NCBI GenBank assembly: GCA_964016885.1
Contig: OZ024741.1
Location: 151,032,001 to 151,096,000 of the forward strand
Length of the DNA: 64,000 nucleotides
Direction of reading: 5' to 3'
From: Eledone cirrhosa
Taxonomy: Eukaryota
The notes beneath the pieces are model-generated. The model was not told the DNA's origin, did not search any database, and saw nothing but the letters and a program-made list of their open reading frames with translations. Below are positions 1-13,380 of the stretch, one piece after another. Numbering within the stretch: position 1 is the first letter of the stretch; each line of letters starts with the position of its first letter. A program made the position numbers and the translations under genes.

Positions 1-62
1 TTCAGATAAAGAATCTTGCTAAACAAATTCAGAAACGAAATATATATATATATATATATATA

Positions 63-281
63 TAGGAAAAATTATAAACTCGACGGCAGACCTCAAGCCG
101 TTTCGACGGCTATTTCTGGACTAAAAAACACATTTTTTTTTCAGTCCGGAAATAGCCGTCGAAACAGCTTGAGCTCTGCCGTCGGGTTTAAGCTTTTTCC
201 TATTACCCAATCTACTTCCCTAAGCATTGAGTACTCTGGTGCGTTATGGTCCATCTGGTTCCTTACCACACTTCCTTCGTT
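63..281 (+). mobile_element. Family A short fold-back element carrying the 3' half of a hammerhead, flanked by (TA)n
   Basis: Inverted arms 64-122 and 143-200, then a unique tail ending ...ccttcgt(TA)n. Contains GAA-stem III-GTC. Related copies at 15654, 25131, 34285, 38884 and 54656. Confidence 0.8.
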
Positions 282-417
282 ATATATATATATATAGGTT
301 TATCCCGGGTTCAATCGGGGGTAACCACAGTAAGTAAGGTACTCAATACATAGCAGAGTATAAATATTTAATGACTTCTACAGGACTAGAACTGTTTTAT
401 TCTGGAGAATCCATCAG

Positions 418-468
418 GGCTTCCTGATGATTTCTCCTGAATGAAACAGTTCTAGTCCCGTAGAAGCC
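418..468 (+). ncRNA. Type I hammerhead ribozyme (family E) inside hairpin 371-471
   Basis: ggcttc-CTGATGA-tttc/tcct/gaat-GAA-acag..ccgt-A-gaagcc. Stem I is ggcttc/gaagcc. The inverted copy has ctgt, which restores stem III. Partial copy at about 58020-58050 (-). Confidence 0.75.
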
Positions 469-486
469 ATTTCTATATTAAATATA

Positions 487-520
487 CTAGCAGAAAAACC
501 ACCCTTCAGGTGCATGTAGA
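487..520 (-). mobile_element. Helitron-like 3' terminus
   Basis: The minus strand reads a small hairpin followed by ...ttttctgCTAG, the same terminus as at 48195-48231. Confidence 0.5.
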
Positions 521-1139
521 TATGATACATCAAATGAAATCGTAATTGACAATATACACAGAAATTGAACGAAGTCTATGTTACACTGTCTTATGTAATC
601 ATTAAAGTAATCTATGATACATTTAAAAAAAGCCGATATTATATATAAACTGCATTAGGAGAAAATTAGCGACGGAAATATACGCGATATTTTTATAAGT
701 GTTGTAATATAACGGCCGCTAACCGAAAGTATTGACATTTGAAAATGTTAAAGAAGTGAATCTTTAAATAGGCTATAAAATATATTTAATCAACAGCCAC
801 GAAATTTAGCACATAAATTATGTAATATTCATTCATTATTTATTCAAAGTAATCCAACTCATTTTACAAACGGAGTAAAAATATATATTCTGGACGCAGT
901 CCCGCACTCCTTTCTTTATTATAGTTAAGATATACATATATGTGTGTGTATGTGTGTGTGTATGTGTGTGTATGTATATGTGTGTGTGTGTGTACGCATA
1001 TGTGTGTGTATATACATTTATATGTGTGTATGTGTATATACGTATGTATGTATGTGCGTAGAAAAGCAGGGCAACCCGGAGGAGAATATGAAAGCTAATG
1101 GACCTCTCTGTTAAATATAAATTCAGAAAAGTCCTATGC

Positions 1140-1810
1140 GATGATTGACAAAAGGGATGAGTTATGTACTTATCGCATTGAAGGCAATTGAAAGTTTCTA
1201 CGTGACAACTTACTACAGACTGTTGATGAGATTTGCAGCTGGAGCAAAGCACCATCCAAACTTAGGAGAACATGATAGTGGAGATAGGCATGGAAAAACT
1301 GGCAAAACGGGCGAGAGGCAGTAAAGATCAGTACTGGGTAGCTAAAAGAGATGCCAGACGACATGTGTTCTTAGCGCGTAAAGAAGCTGAAAGCATGTGG
1401 TTTGACAACACCTAGAGAGGATGTGAGACGTGAGGTGTTTTATATCTCAAAGTAGTGTGTCAGAGAAATTCAGGATGTTGTTGGGGAACAATATGGCCGA
1501 AATGACACCTTGCACTTAAAGTCACAAATGCTCACATGAAAGCGGTATGAAAATGCTTTTATAAAGGGTTGATGTATATGAAAAACGAGTGAGGGAATGA
1601 GAGACTAACCCCATCTGGCTCAACAAAGAGACCAACGATCGAAAGAGTGGCTAAGAAGAAGTCAAAGAGATGGAAAGTGGTAAAGTTTCTGGTCCACCAA
1701 ATGCTGAAACCAGGAGAAGTAGGACCGGAATTCATCACCCGCATAGTCAATCAACTAACATATGATTGGGTCGCCCCATGACTGGTGTAGCAGTACACTC
1801 ATTAATTGTT
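1140..1810 (+). pseudogene. Degenerate LINE (RTE-like) ORF2 fragment from the region between endonuclease and RT
   Basis: Broken frames give WKNWQ, KRDARRHVFLARKEAE, QDVVGEQ, MESGKVSGP, MLKPGEVG and DWCSSTLIN. Confidence 0.6.
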
Positions 1811-1987
1811 AACCCCAACACTTATTCACAAATATGTAGATGTAGATGTCTTTTTAATAACTTATAACAACAACAACAACAACAACAGCAATAACCTGAG
1901 CAGGAAAATCAAACAAACATAGAAAGTGACAAACATACGCTCATACACCTCTACACAAACACACACATATATAACCACACAAAAGCT

Positions 1988-2073
<86 letters not shown>

Positions 2074-2615
2074 ACAAACACACACGCAATCGCGACATAA
2101 GCACGGACACAAACACGCACAATCACTTCATGCATACGCACAGACACTTCAAATACGCACACAAACATATTCACACTTATTATCGTAGTAGATTAATATC
2201 TGCAACAGAATATATTTTGGTTTTATGACATTTGCAGATATGTTTCCATATAAAGTCATAATACTTGGTTTCCCAGCATATGCCGTTGACAGGAACATTT
2301 ACGTGAAGAATCAAATGTTAACTGACGTCATATAAATATTACAACGTTTCGTCTCTCCTGTCGACAATACTCAATTGATTTCATAGTTTCTATGTATTTA
2401 TTTTATTTTTCTATATATACTTACTATACTTCATATTTTTATGGATATACTTACTGTTGCTGTTTTTAATTTAATTTTTTTTTTTACTGTTTAGTCAGGA
2501 AAGAATGGATGGCACCTTTGACCATTTCCTGTGACACCAAGATTGGAAGAAAAGAGGAAAAACGTATTTTTGTATTGGAGGTCTATCTGCCTTGAAAGTT
2601 TACAATAGAATGGCA

Positions 2616-2895
2616 TCTGCCAAAGGTGGCAAAGGAGTGACAAGCGGTGTCAAACTGAACAACAGAGGTTACTTCACTAAAAAAACGCAATAGCCAGTTG
2701 GTGGCGGTGTTAAATTAGACAACAGAGTGTGTTCTGCCAAAAGTACCCAAGAACATGGTGGTGGCGTTAAACTGAACAACAGTATGGATTCTGCTAAATA
2801 CACCCAGGGCCAGGTGACAGTGTTAAACAGGGCAAAAGAGTGGGCTCTGTCAAAGATATCCAAGGATAGTGGAGTTAAACATGACAATAGAATAC
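2616..2895. repeat. Degenerate 53-60 bp tandem repeat, about 5 units
   Basis: The motif ggtgt(c/t)aaactgaacaacag recurs near 2649, 2709, 2766, 2821 and 2874. Confidence 0.7.
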
Positions 2896-3099
2896 CAGAT
2901 CAGCTTGCCACACACTCACGCATATACACACGCATAAGCACTGACTTTGAGCGTTAAAGTACTATTCTCCAAAATTATATATGTATATGTATATGTGTAT
3001 GTCTTTTTGTATGTATACATATATGCATATACGTACATATATTTATATAAGTAGGTAATATGTGTTGATATATATATATATAAATTTATATGTATTATG

Positions 3100-3163
<64 letters not shown>

Positions 3164-3548
3164 CATAAAATATCATACACACGTAGTTACATATGGACTT
3201 ACATTCAGAATAATGGCATCAACATTATTCATAAAAGAATTCCAAGAGAGCAGAATATTGTAGAATTAATTCAGCTGTTCCGTAGTTAGTGTTTCATGTA
3301 TTCTGATGTTCAATTCAATTGATTAATATGTCGTGCAAGAAATGAAGTTAAAGAAACTCTTTGATTTCTGGCTCATCACATTTCTACCTTCAACATAGCA
3401 AAGGTGGACAATATATAAAATAATATTTTAAGCGAATCAGTAATAGAAACATTGTACATATGCGTATCGATGCTTACATAAACACCAGATCAAATTTATA
3501 TATTCAAATTTTCATGCACGCATGCATGCCTGCATATATGTATGTTTA

Positions 3549-4170
3549 TGTCAGGTTTCGCTTAAGTGCTGCTGGTAACATGTAACCCAGTACAACCTGT
3601 CGCATGGTCGGGTCGTCGGCGACTAATCCGGCAACCCCACCAAGTTTACTTGGTGAGGAGGGTGATTTTGGACACACTGCAGGACAAAAATCAAAACCTG
3701 ACAAAGGGCAGAGGAACTCATAAGAGTAAACGGCCATCCAAAAATGTGTAAATATGTCTATGTATAAGTATGTATATGTATATATGTATATGCATGTGTG
3801 CATGTGTATGTATATGCGCGGGGACATAGTAATAGTCGGGCTGGGTACCCGAGCGCGCATTTAAACCACTGGGAGTGAAGGAGCCCTAGTCTTTGTCAGG
3901 GCATTCTTCTAGGAGAAGGCAACTCAGGAAACTGGGTTAACTCCAACATAAAACCTGCGGCTCAGTAGATACCGATGATCTTGAGCTCTTCTTCTTTTCG
4001 GGTTATAGCTACTGTCGCTCAGAGAGTGGGATTGGCTCAGTGCAAGTCTTTCCTCACTTTAAAAAAAATCTCCACGCACAGGCATTGCACGATAGCATTA
4101 ATTGATAATTATTAATAATGTTATAACGTGCAATGCCCATACTCGATAACGAAGGGGCAGCCATCATCAT
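3549..4170 (+). mobile_element. Non-autonomous RTE-derived retroelement in a (TATG)n context
   Basis: Has an RTE-type leader motif (ctaggagaagg..aactc). Its 3' end ..catactcgataacga.ggggcagccatc is shared with the RTE 3' end at 20630-20678. Near-identical copy at 40470-41085. Confidence 0.7.
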
Positions 4171-4641
4171 ATATGTATGTATTCATGGTGGCTATATTGA
4201 AAGAAGTCGTGTGTCAGACGCGTTTGAAAGGGTTGAAAAAACCCACCTTCATTTGCAAATGAAGGGCATATGAATTAACGTTTTCGAAGAGGAAAATTTA
4301 TGGAAAAATAGGTGAGAGCGGTGAGCATGTTCTTAGAGAAAGGGAGTATATATGTTCCTGCATGTATGTACATACGTACCTGTATTTATATAGGTTTGTA
4401 ATAAGTATATAATTCTCCGTCGATTTCAACGATAATTTTTCCAGTTGTTCGATCAGGGAAACAGCTTACACGTGTACCCATAACATAATGGACATTCCAC
4501 CAAATGGTTTCCACACAGTTTTCTTTTACTCAATTTCTTTCACAAAGCTTGGACAAGTGACACTTCCACAAGATACCACACAGGGGGATCGATCACAGAA
4601 TCTAATGATTGCAAAATGATCTTCTTAAACAGACCATGCTA

Positions 4642-5268
4642 CGGGGTGTGTCAGAAAAGAAATAGGACTCAGGTGACGCAAAAATGTATGTCCCGACACA
4701 CTTGCATGCGCCGCCCCTTTGGGTCATCGTTAAGCAGCTTTGGTACAATCTTCGCGCAGATCTTCAGCATATCCAAATCTTCGGTAATAATCTTCCAAAC
4801 ATTGTCGCGGTTCATGCCCAGCTCACTTGTGATCAATCGAAGAGTCAGCCGACGATCGCCACGCACCACATGCCTCACGCGCTCAAAGTTTGCCTCAGTC
4901 CAACTCATTGAAGGCCTTCCGCTCTTGGGGTCGTCTTCCACCTTTTATGCCTATCGAAAACCCGGGAGCGCGATATCGTCTCATCTCCGTACACTTGCTG
5001 CATTATTCCGAATGCTTCTGATGGAGGTTTCCCCGGCCGAATCAGAAACTTTATGCTGGTTTGTTTCTCTGTGCTCTGTGTTGAGCGGCATTCAACTGAG
5101 GAGCTCTTAACAAAACACGCGAAAAAACATACCGTGGCTGCATAGAGCTGAGATCGCAGTTATATACTCTCCGGATATTATGACACATGGTAACACAGTC
5201 CGCTAATACCTACCCCATTCATATCTCATACATCACACTAAGTCCTGCTACTTTTCTGACACGCCTGC
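4642..5268 (-). mobile_element. Internally deleted mariner (Tc1/mariner) element
   Basis: TIRs at 4642-4669 and 5241-5268 with flanking TA. Minus ORF 4669-4941 (EDDPKSGRPS, RLITSELGM, KIVPKLL) is a mariner HTH region. Confidence 0.9.
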
Positions 5269-6149
5269 TACGTCCATATGCATGTTTATCTTGAAAATAA
5301 TTACCATAGTTCCCATAATCACCTTAGGCGTGGAAGATGCTGTATTTTTACCCCCATAAGCCTAGAAAATTTACCCGTGTATCTTGGAGGTTAAAAGTTT
5401 CTTTTGTCAATTTATACTAACTTTACTTTTATAAATTTAGCAACTAACATTTTGGTGCCGCCACGACGGTGGAGCGTCTTCGATACCGGGAAATACTCTA
5501 TGTATTCTATTCATAAACAGTGTATACACTATTTGTGTATATACTCATTGAATATTCCACATTTGTTTATATAATATAAATTAAATACGAACTTACTTTC
5601 TATTTGTAAACATAATGCAATATGTAATTTCCAATAATCCTTTGATCAAAACCATTTAATATCAACCATAATAATACGCTACCCGTGTTTGTATATTTAA
5701 ATAGGCTTCTGACTGTAACTCTTTAAAATTGAAGCACACAAACATACATATATATATATACACGCAATTCATTTGCTATTCCAGTAATATACAAGAAGTT
5801 CGTTTTCGACACACGCGGCGCTGGATTCTAACCCTACATTTGCCCCTGTAAATATTTATTTATCCTAAGTTTCTCATGCATTTAATCCAGTATGCTGAAT
5901 AGTTATATAATTATGTCCTACAAATGAATGATTAAAATTGATTAAAATGTAATTCTTATCTTTAATCACTTCAAACATATCAGTAATCAACATACACTAT
6001 AGGATTTCTCTCATGAAAATCATTAATTTATCAAAAAGTAAATTTCCATAATTGTTCATATATTTGGTAATACTTGTATATATATGGCAATCGTGGACTC
6101 CCAAAATCAAATATGTTTAACTTTTCATTATAAATAAATTAATATAGAC

Positions 6150-6436
6150 TGAGGAGTGGGAAAAGTGAGAGAGGGCGCTTGCCCTGGTGGTCAGAGTGGC
6201 CGGGGCCTTTTTGTGTGGTTTTCGCCACGAGTTACCCTCGGAGGTTTCCCACTTTTTGGGGAATTTTTGTTGTTTGAATTTTTTTGATTTCTAGCCCAAT
6301 TTTGTTAGAACCTGTTTACACGACCAAAACAAACTTTGCATCGTCCTGTATTGCTCTGTGCCGTCTCTAATGTTTTTCTTCGTGTCAGCCCTTGTGCCCA
6401 ATAAAGAAATCGTTATAAATAAATAAAGAAAGAAAG

Positions 6437-6473
<37 letters not shown>
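6150..6473 (+). mobile_element. 3' UTR fragment of an L1/Tx1-type LINE with an (ATT)n tail
   Basis: Homologous to 8745-8970 (gagagggc..ttgccctggtggtcag ... aataaagaaa.. gcattattatt). Confidence 0.7.
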
Positions 6474-8970
6474 GGCGACCTACGTAGGAAGTCGTATCAC
6501 CGTGAGCTCCGCAAAGGTTTGTTGTTTTCGTTTGTTTAAAATTGCCATTTATGGAACATTTTTGTTGTTAACTGTTTCTAAATCACAAAATTTGCTTTCG
6601 GAAAAAGACACTCAATAAGATTGGGGCCTTGAGCCCAGAATTTCAACTTTTATAATTATCAAACAAAAAATTTCCTTGAAAAAATCATGGACGACTCACA
6701 GCTACACCAAACAGCTGAGAGCCTTCCTCACAAACTAACACCTCACACCAACACCACCATTTTAAATATTACTACGTTTGCCAACACTAAAAATATAAGC
6801 AGTAGCAATAATTTAAATTTGTCTCATGCAGATATTCATTTCCCGCCATTACCAATGACTGCAGGTGTCTAAGCCGCCACCATCACAGTGACAACAGAAA
6901 CAAAAGAAAAAACTAAATTATCTCGTGACATCGAAATGGATTCACCCAGAATGGACTCTTCCACACCGAACACCACTGACGCCACCACCACCACCACAAC
7001 TGAAACTAAAAATAACAATAACAAAAGTAACAATAACAACAACAGCAACAACAACAATGAGAATAACAACATCGTGTCATTTGCCAAGCAGCCAAAAAAT
7101 GCGAAACAATCCAGGTAACTCAGGAGGAATTAGATGAAGCCAAGAGAATGGTAAAGAAAGATGGGTACAGAGTCAGCTTCACCCCCCCACCAAATAAAAT
7201 GGATCATCAGCGCCTATGCACCATGTTTTGTCGGACGATTAACATAAAATCGCACCGAGTGGAACAGGCATCCGAGTCCCAAATCTAAAAGGTTTTGGGA
7301 CATGTGTGGGCCAAAAACCCCACATCAGACGTGGGCAGAAATATGGAACCGTGGACGTGTTCTTTGGAACACCCAGGAGGCCAGAGAGCACTCCATGGCC
7401 CCATTAAGAAGCGACGACTTCACACTCGTCCCAAGCTATTGTGGCCAGAGACTCGTAAAGATCAGGGTGACCCACGTTCCACCGGCCATCGAAATTCCCT
7501 GGCGAATGGCTGCCGTCCTCGCTGGCATTGAGGCCAACACCAGAATAATAGAAATAGCAAAAGAAAAGCAGGAGAACTGGTCCGGATCTGGGATGGAGCT
7601 CCTGATCCAAGCGGACCAAAAAAGCATTGAGGAGTTCCCAGAGGTAATAGACCTCACTGACGGCAGCCACATCACCGTAATCGTCGAGGGTAGAAGACCT
7701 AGGTGTGTCGTTTGTGGTGAAAGAACCCACCTACGGGCTTTCTACCCTCAGGCTAAAAAGTTGAGGCCACCTCTCTTACCCACCCCAGTGACTCAACCAT
7801 CCACACCACCAGCAGCAGAAATGGCAGCAACAACTGTAGCAGCAACAACAGAAGCAACTGTAGCAGCAACAACCCCAGCAACGGTAGCAAAACCAACACC
7901 ACCACCACCCAACGCGCCAGAAAGCACCAGCGCCTACACCATCCACCACGCCACAACCAAAACCAACCCCTGTGGAGGATTTTCCACTCCCCGGCCTATC
8001 ACAACTGGAGACAGATTGTGACGACGAGGAGTGGGAAACGGTATCAGGAAAAAAGAAAAAAAGAAAAAGAAGCCAAAAAAGAAAAAATCCTGTTCCTTCC
8101 CTCTCCAAAAACAAAATACAGAAGGAAACAAATAAACTATCAAACAAAAAAGTTAGGACAGCTATGCCACCATCCACACCAGCATCACCAACCCCATCAC
8201 CCCAAACACCAACACCATCACCATCATTAACCCCAACACCACCATCACCATCACCACAAAAGTCACCAAAAAGCGAAACAGAAACAAACCCACAACAAAC
8301 GCAAACAAAACAAAACAACCAAAACGATACACACTACACAGCATTACATTTGAACAACAACCAACTATTACACTACATCCAACACAAAACCAGCATCACA
8401 GAAAAAGACTACACAACACCCCAAAAGTTTACACCACCTCCACACATACAAATCACTCGCATCACACAGAAAACGTACACGACACTAAAACAAAAATTAC
8501 CCAAAGACATCGGAGACTTCCGACAAGCACTCTCCAAGAGGATTTATAAGGACATCCTTCCGGAGAAGGGCACAAGCAGTGAAAAGGATAGACAAACCAT
8601 CCTTCTACGAGAAGTAAGGTAAGTGTTCTTTCCCATCTTTTCCACTCCATTTCAACATGACCTCACTCAGAATAGGCAGCATAAATGCGCGTGGCTTGGG
8701 GTCGTCATGGAAGCAGGGCCACCTGCTCAAGGACCTCAGGAAAACTGGGAGAGGGCATTTGCCCTGGTGGTCAGGGTCACTGTGGCCTTTTAATGGGCTT
8801 TCTCCACAAATGTCCCTGGGGAATTTTTCATTGTTAATTTTTTGTTACACCCTCTGTTTTTGTTTTTACACGCAGAAATGCCCATTTTGTATCGTCCTGT
8901 ATTGTCCTGTACTGTCCTTAATGTCTACTTTATGTAAACCCTTGTGGTTAATAAAGAAAGCATTATTATT
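6474..8970 (+). mobile_element. L1/Tx1-clade LINE with frameshifted ORF1 and ORF2 deleted after about 29 codons
   Basis: ORF1 pieces 7302-8021 and 7972-8622 include a knuckle-like CVVCGERTHLRAF and WETVSGKKKK. ORF 8657 starts MTSLRIGSINARGL (APE endonuclease N-terminus), then joins the 3' UTR, AATAAA and (ATT)n. Confidence 0.8.
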
Positions 8971-8974
8971 TCAT

Positions 8975-9400
8975 GAGGTATCAGTAGACAGTCGGACACC
9001 ATGCTTTGCAGTATAGAGTTACGGCCCTTTACAGTCTGAGTTCAAATCCTGCCGAGGTTCACCTTGCCTTTCATCCTTACGGGGTCGATAAAATAAAGTA
9101 CCAGTCACGCACTGGAGTCAATTTAATCGCCTTTCCCCTCCGCCAAAATGGTTGGCTTTGTGCCTATATAAGAAACCATTATTTGATTGGCAGTATCGGT
9201 AGAGCGTCAGACACTATACTTTGCAGCATATAGTTCGAATTCCGCCGAGGTTAACTTTGCCTTTTATCCATATGGGATGGATAAAATAAAGTATCAGTCA
9301 ATAAAATAAAGTACTAGTAGGCACCGGCGTCGATTTAATCGACTTTCCACTCCCCTTCAAATTGCTGGCTTTGTACCTAAAGTAGAAACAATTATTATTT
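8975..9400 (+). mobile_element. Two tandem tRNA-derived SINEs with a Meta-like core
   Basis: B-box-like gagttcaaatcc/gttcgaattcc, core gcctttcatccttacggggtcgataaaataaagtaccagt, and short ATT tails. Confidence 0.85.
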
Positions 9401-9669
9401 CTTTCTCAATATGGTTTTTATTTCTTATTGCCGTCATTATTGACAACACGGGTTCAATAGCAGGTTACAAGCATCGTAGCCTATTATAAAGAACTTTTTA
9501 TATTTTGTTCCGTTTAGATGTAAATATAACCGTACGAATAAAATTGTGTTGTCGTAAAATTGTAATAGAGAAGATTCCTACATACTTATTTATGCAAGCA
9601 GGTTGGGTGTTGTACATTAAACGCACATATGTTGAAAAATAAGCTCAAACAAAGCTCAAATAACATTTA

Positions 9670-9800
9670 ATTGTTTCTACTTTTGGCACAAGGCCAGCCA
9701 TTACCCAGTACATTACTGGTACTTTATTTTATCGACCTCGTAAGGATGAAAGGCAAAGTTAACCTCGGCGGGATTTGAACTCAGATCGTAAAGGGACGTA
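9670..9800 (-). mobile_element. Meta-core SINE fragment
   Basis: Reverse complement of the core and B box seen at 8975-9400. Confidence 0.8.
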
Positions 9801-10221
9801 ACACATCACATCCATATACACACAGACACAGACACCCGCCTAAAGTGACACACAGACAGACTAGGACTAATCTACGTATGTTTCATAAATAAGTTAGAAC
9901 GACGTATCCTAAGTTAAAGGAAATAGGGAAACAATAAATTGTACATTTGGGATGTTATCTGAAAGTAATCTAAAAGGAGACAGATTCGGACATCCAATAG
10001 ATAAGACAGGACAATCTAGTCTGCCATTACTTACAAGAGAAGGTATGTGAAGAAATCTTGACAGAAAATCTCTGATTCAGATGAATTTCTTCTAACATTT
10101 GGAGAATGTTGCTCCCAGAAACGAAAAGAGGGAAAAACAACGGAATATAATTTTGTCTTTGTCGTTGTCTTGTCTTGTCTTGCAATCATTGTAAATATTG
10201 CAAATAAGAATAATAACGACA

Positions 10222-10570
10222 ATAAAGCCAGACATTTTGGGGGGAGGTGACCCCAGTGCATTACTGGTGCTATATTTTATCAACCCAGTAAGGATGAAAA
10301 GTAAAGCTAATCTTGGCGGGATTTGGACTCAGAACATAAAGGTCAGTAACTCTATGTATCGAAGCATAGTGTCCGACTCACTACCGATACTGCCCATCCA
10401 CCGACCCCATACAATAATAATAGTAATTATTATCATTATAATAGTTTCTGATATAGGCAGAAGGCCAGAAATTTTGGGGGCAGGGGAAAGTTGGTTAAAT
10501 CGGCCCCGCAAGGATGAAAGGCAAAGTTAACCTCGGCGGGATTTGAACTCAAACCATAAGGGGCCGCAAC
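10222..10570 (-). mobile_element. Two Meta-core SINE copies
   Basis: aggatgaaa.g.aaag.taa.ct.ggcgggatttg.actc occurs twice. Confidence 0.75.
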
Positions 10571-10999
10571 CCTTTTCTGCTAAGCATGATGATAATGATG
10601 ATAATAATGAGAAGAAGAGAAAAGAAAACAAAGTGAAAGGAGAAAAAAAAAAAAGAAGAAACGGATAAAAGACAGAAGAAGAGGAAGGAGAAGAAAAAGA
10701 AGGAAGAAGAAATGAAGAAAAGAAGAGGTAAAAATAACAGCGAGGATAAATCGATATAGAAAGTAGCTGGCTATTGGCAGAAACAAAACTAATAAAATCA
10801 GGGAAAAAGCGGAAAATCCCGTTTTCTAACCGAAGTTAAAACACCAACGGCTTGATTACATGCCAGATAGGTTTATATATATATATATATATATGTCTGT
10901 GTGTATGTGTATAAGTGTGTTTGTGGGTTGTGGCTGGGTGCATCTGTGTGTATGTGTGCCTGTATGTGTGTATATACATACTTATATATATACAAATAT

Positions 11000-11275
11000 A
11001 AGGTTTCATTTTAGACCCAGTCCTCCTCTCAACAAGAAAGATGAACAGACCTTCTTCAACACTTAATTTAAAATGTAAATTCTTTTAAATTCTTTTTAAT
11101 TGTAATATTTAACATTTGATAAGATGGATTACACCGATACGTTGAAACTGGTTATATTTTATATATTCTATATACATTATAAAAATTCCTTTTTAAAAAA
11201 AAAATTGTTCCTCTCTTTTTTTCAATTTGATGGATCAAAGAAGAAAAAAAGAAAAACAGATTCTTTAAACATACT
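11000..11275 (+). mobile_element. Family G (TA)n-associated repeat with a degenerate hammerhead-like motif
   Basis: Reverse-complement copy at 47350-47645. Motif TTGATAA-(atg..c(a/g)tt)-GAA-ac(c/t)ggt-T at about 11112-11157. Confidence 0.55.
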
Positions 11276-11345
11276 TTCGGTGCTGTTTCCAATTCCATTT
11301 TTTTAATAATATAACCGGTGTTTTGTATAGAACCTTATTCCCGTC

Positions 11346-11406
<61 letters not shown>

Positions 11407-11526
11407 TGTGTGTGTGTGTTTAGGTACTCAATACATTGGTAGAGTACAGGCATTTTTATTATATGTGGAAATGACATCTACATGACTAGAAGTGTTTCAT
11501 TTGCATGAAATCATCAGTATGCGTGC

Positions 11527-11604
<78 letters not shown>

Positions 11605-11635
11605 GTATATATATATATATGTATATATATATATG

Positions 11636-12325
11636 ATTATGTGACCTTGAGCTGTTCCACATTTTGAGTTCGAAGAATAAGTTACTCAACAATAAAATCG
11701 AAAGATCAATTTATTGTAACCATAGACTCAAAGAAAGGTTTTCGCACTACAAGTGCAAAGCGAACCCTTGACCTCTTACTACCAACTGACAAACTGCATA
11801 TACTTAGACTTTATACCCTCTTATTGTATCTAACCCCTTTAATTACCCACAAAAACCAATACCTATATCCCTCCCTTCTTCATTCCTCTTCTATTTCGTC
11901 GTTTTCTTCCTTTCTTCCCTCCCCGTTTTGGCTATCTTTTCTCTTCTTCTTTCTACCCCCTTCTTTACTTACGAGTAAATACAATTAAAAAAAAATTTTT
12001 TTCTCTATATATTAAGAACTATTTCAAGAGTAACTTACTCACTATTTTGAAAATTTGGGCGTGAACAACAATTATAATTGAGTGGCTGCTATTTGCAGTA
12101 TAGCAATATAAGGTTGCACTTACCAATGAAACGGTCGTAAATACCTGGATCAAATTTTTCTCTTAATGCTTACCTGTGTTTTCTCTTTTATACTTTATAC
12201 TCCAAGATTGAACGGAATTCTTACAAACTTGTGGAGTTACCCCTAACCGTACGTTGAAACCGTCCATGAAACTGGCTTTCTTAGCCACGAACTGGATCAC
12301 AATAAGCAATTTTCTGCTTCCCTAA
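11636..12325 (+). mobile_element. Penelope-like element 3' remnant (endonuclease C-terminus plus 3' region)
   Basis: Translates [32 protein letters not shown], matching the C-termini near 36670 and 41670. Degenerate HHR at about 12043-12143. (TA)n on both sides. Confidence 0.7.
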
Positions 12326-12497
12326 CTATATATATATATATATATATATGAAGTGTAAAATCAGTAATGTCTGTGCAAAAGGATTTTCTCCAATGCTCCT
12401 TGCCCAACACCTCATAGACACTCTCCACCCTATTGCCATGTTATGGCAACATATCCAGATAGGACATGTAGTGTTTAAATAATCACATTACGACAAA

Positions 12498-12682
12498 AGG
12501 CGGTGGATTAGCAGTATCGGTAGAGAGTTGGACGCCATGCTTTGCTGTATAGAGTTACGTCCCTTTTCGGTCTGAGTTCAAATCCCACCGTGGTTAACTT
12601 TGCCTTTCATCCTTGCGGGGTCGATAAAATAAAGTACCAGTAATGCACTGAGATAATTGTTGGCCAAAAGTAGAAACAATTA
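12498..12682 (+). mobile_element. Near full-length Meta-core tRNA SINE
   Basis: A-box-like tagcagtatcggtagag, B box gagttcaaatccc, and the core. Confidence 0.85.
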
Positions 12683-13380
12683 TATTATATGACAATACTA
12701 GACTATATATAAATGCAAATGCATATATAATTCAAAGTCATAACCGATCATATATAATAACAGCAGAATATACACAAATACATATATCATACGACATCAT
12801 ATCATAAAACATATAGACCAGCCGGTCGATATAGCACTAATAATATAATAAAATCAAAAGAATACATACTAGGAAAATGCATATATCATGTGACATCTTA
12901 TCGGTTTCTCCTCAGCCCGAGCGAATATATCGCTTTTTACATATATCATGTCAATATCATTTACTATCGATATCATATCATAAAACCACCACAACATATA
13001 CAATACAAATACACACACAGGCACACACTCACACACACATACATACACACACACACACAAACAAACACTCACGAACACACATTCTCTCTATATATAATCA
13101 TATCATTTCTGGCTATTGTTTGCGAAGCTTTCCTTTGATCTATATTTAATCTATGCCATTCAAGTATAATCTAAGTGTCCAGGCTAAATCACAAGATGTC
13201 CTTACAGGTCATCGAATCACCAGGAATCAATATATCAAAGCATTTATTTGTTATTGAACTTGACACGTTAATACTATCAATTAATAAATCTAAATAAAGT
13301 AGCAATATTTTGCGTTATTCGTTCTGGATTTCTGCGCTCTGGGGGACAACTTTGCCTTTCATCCTTTCGGTGTCGATAAA

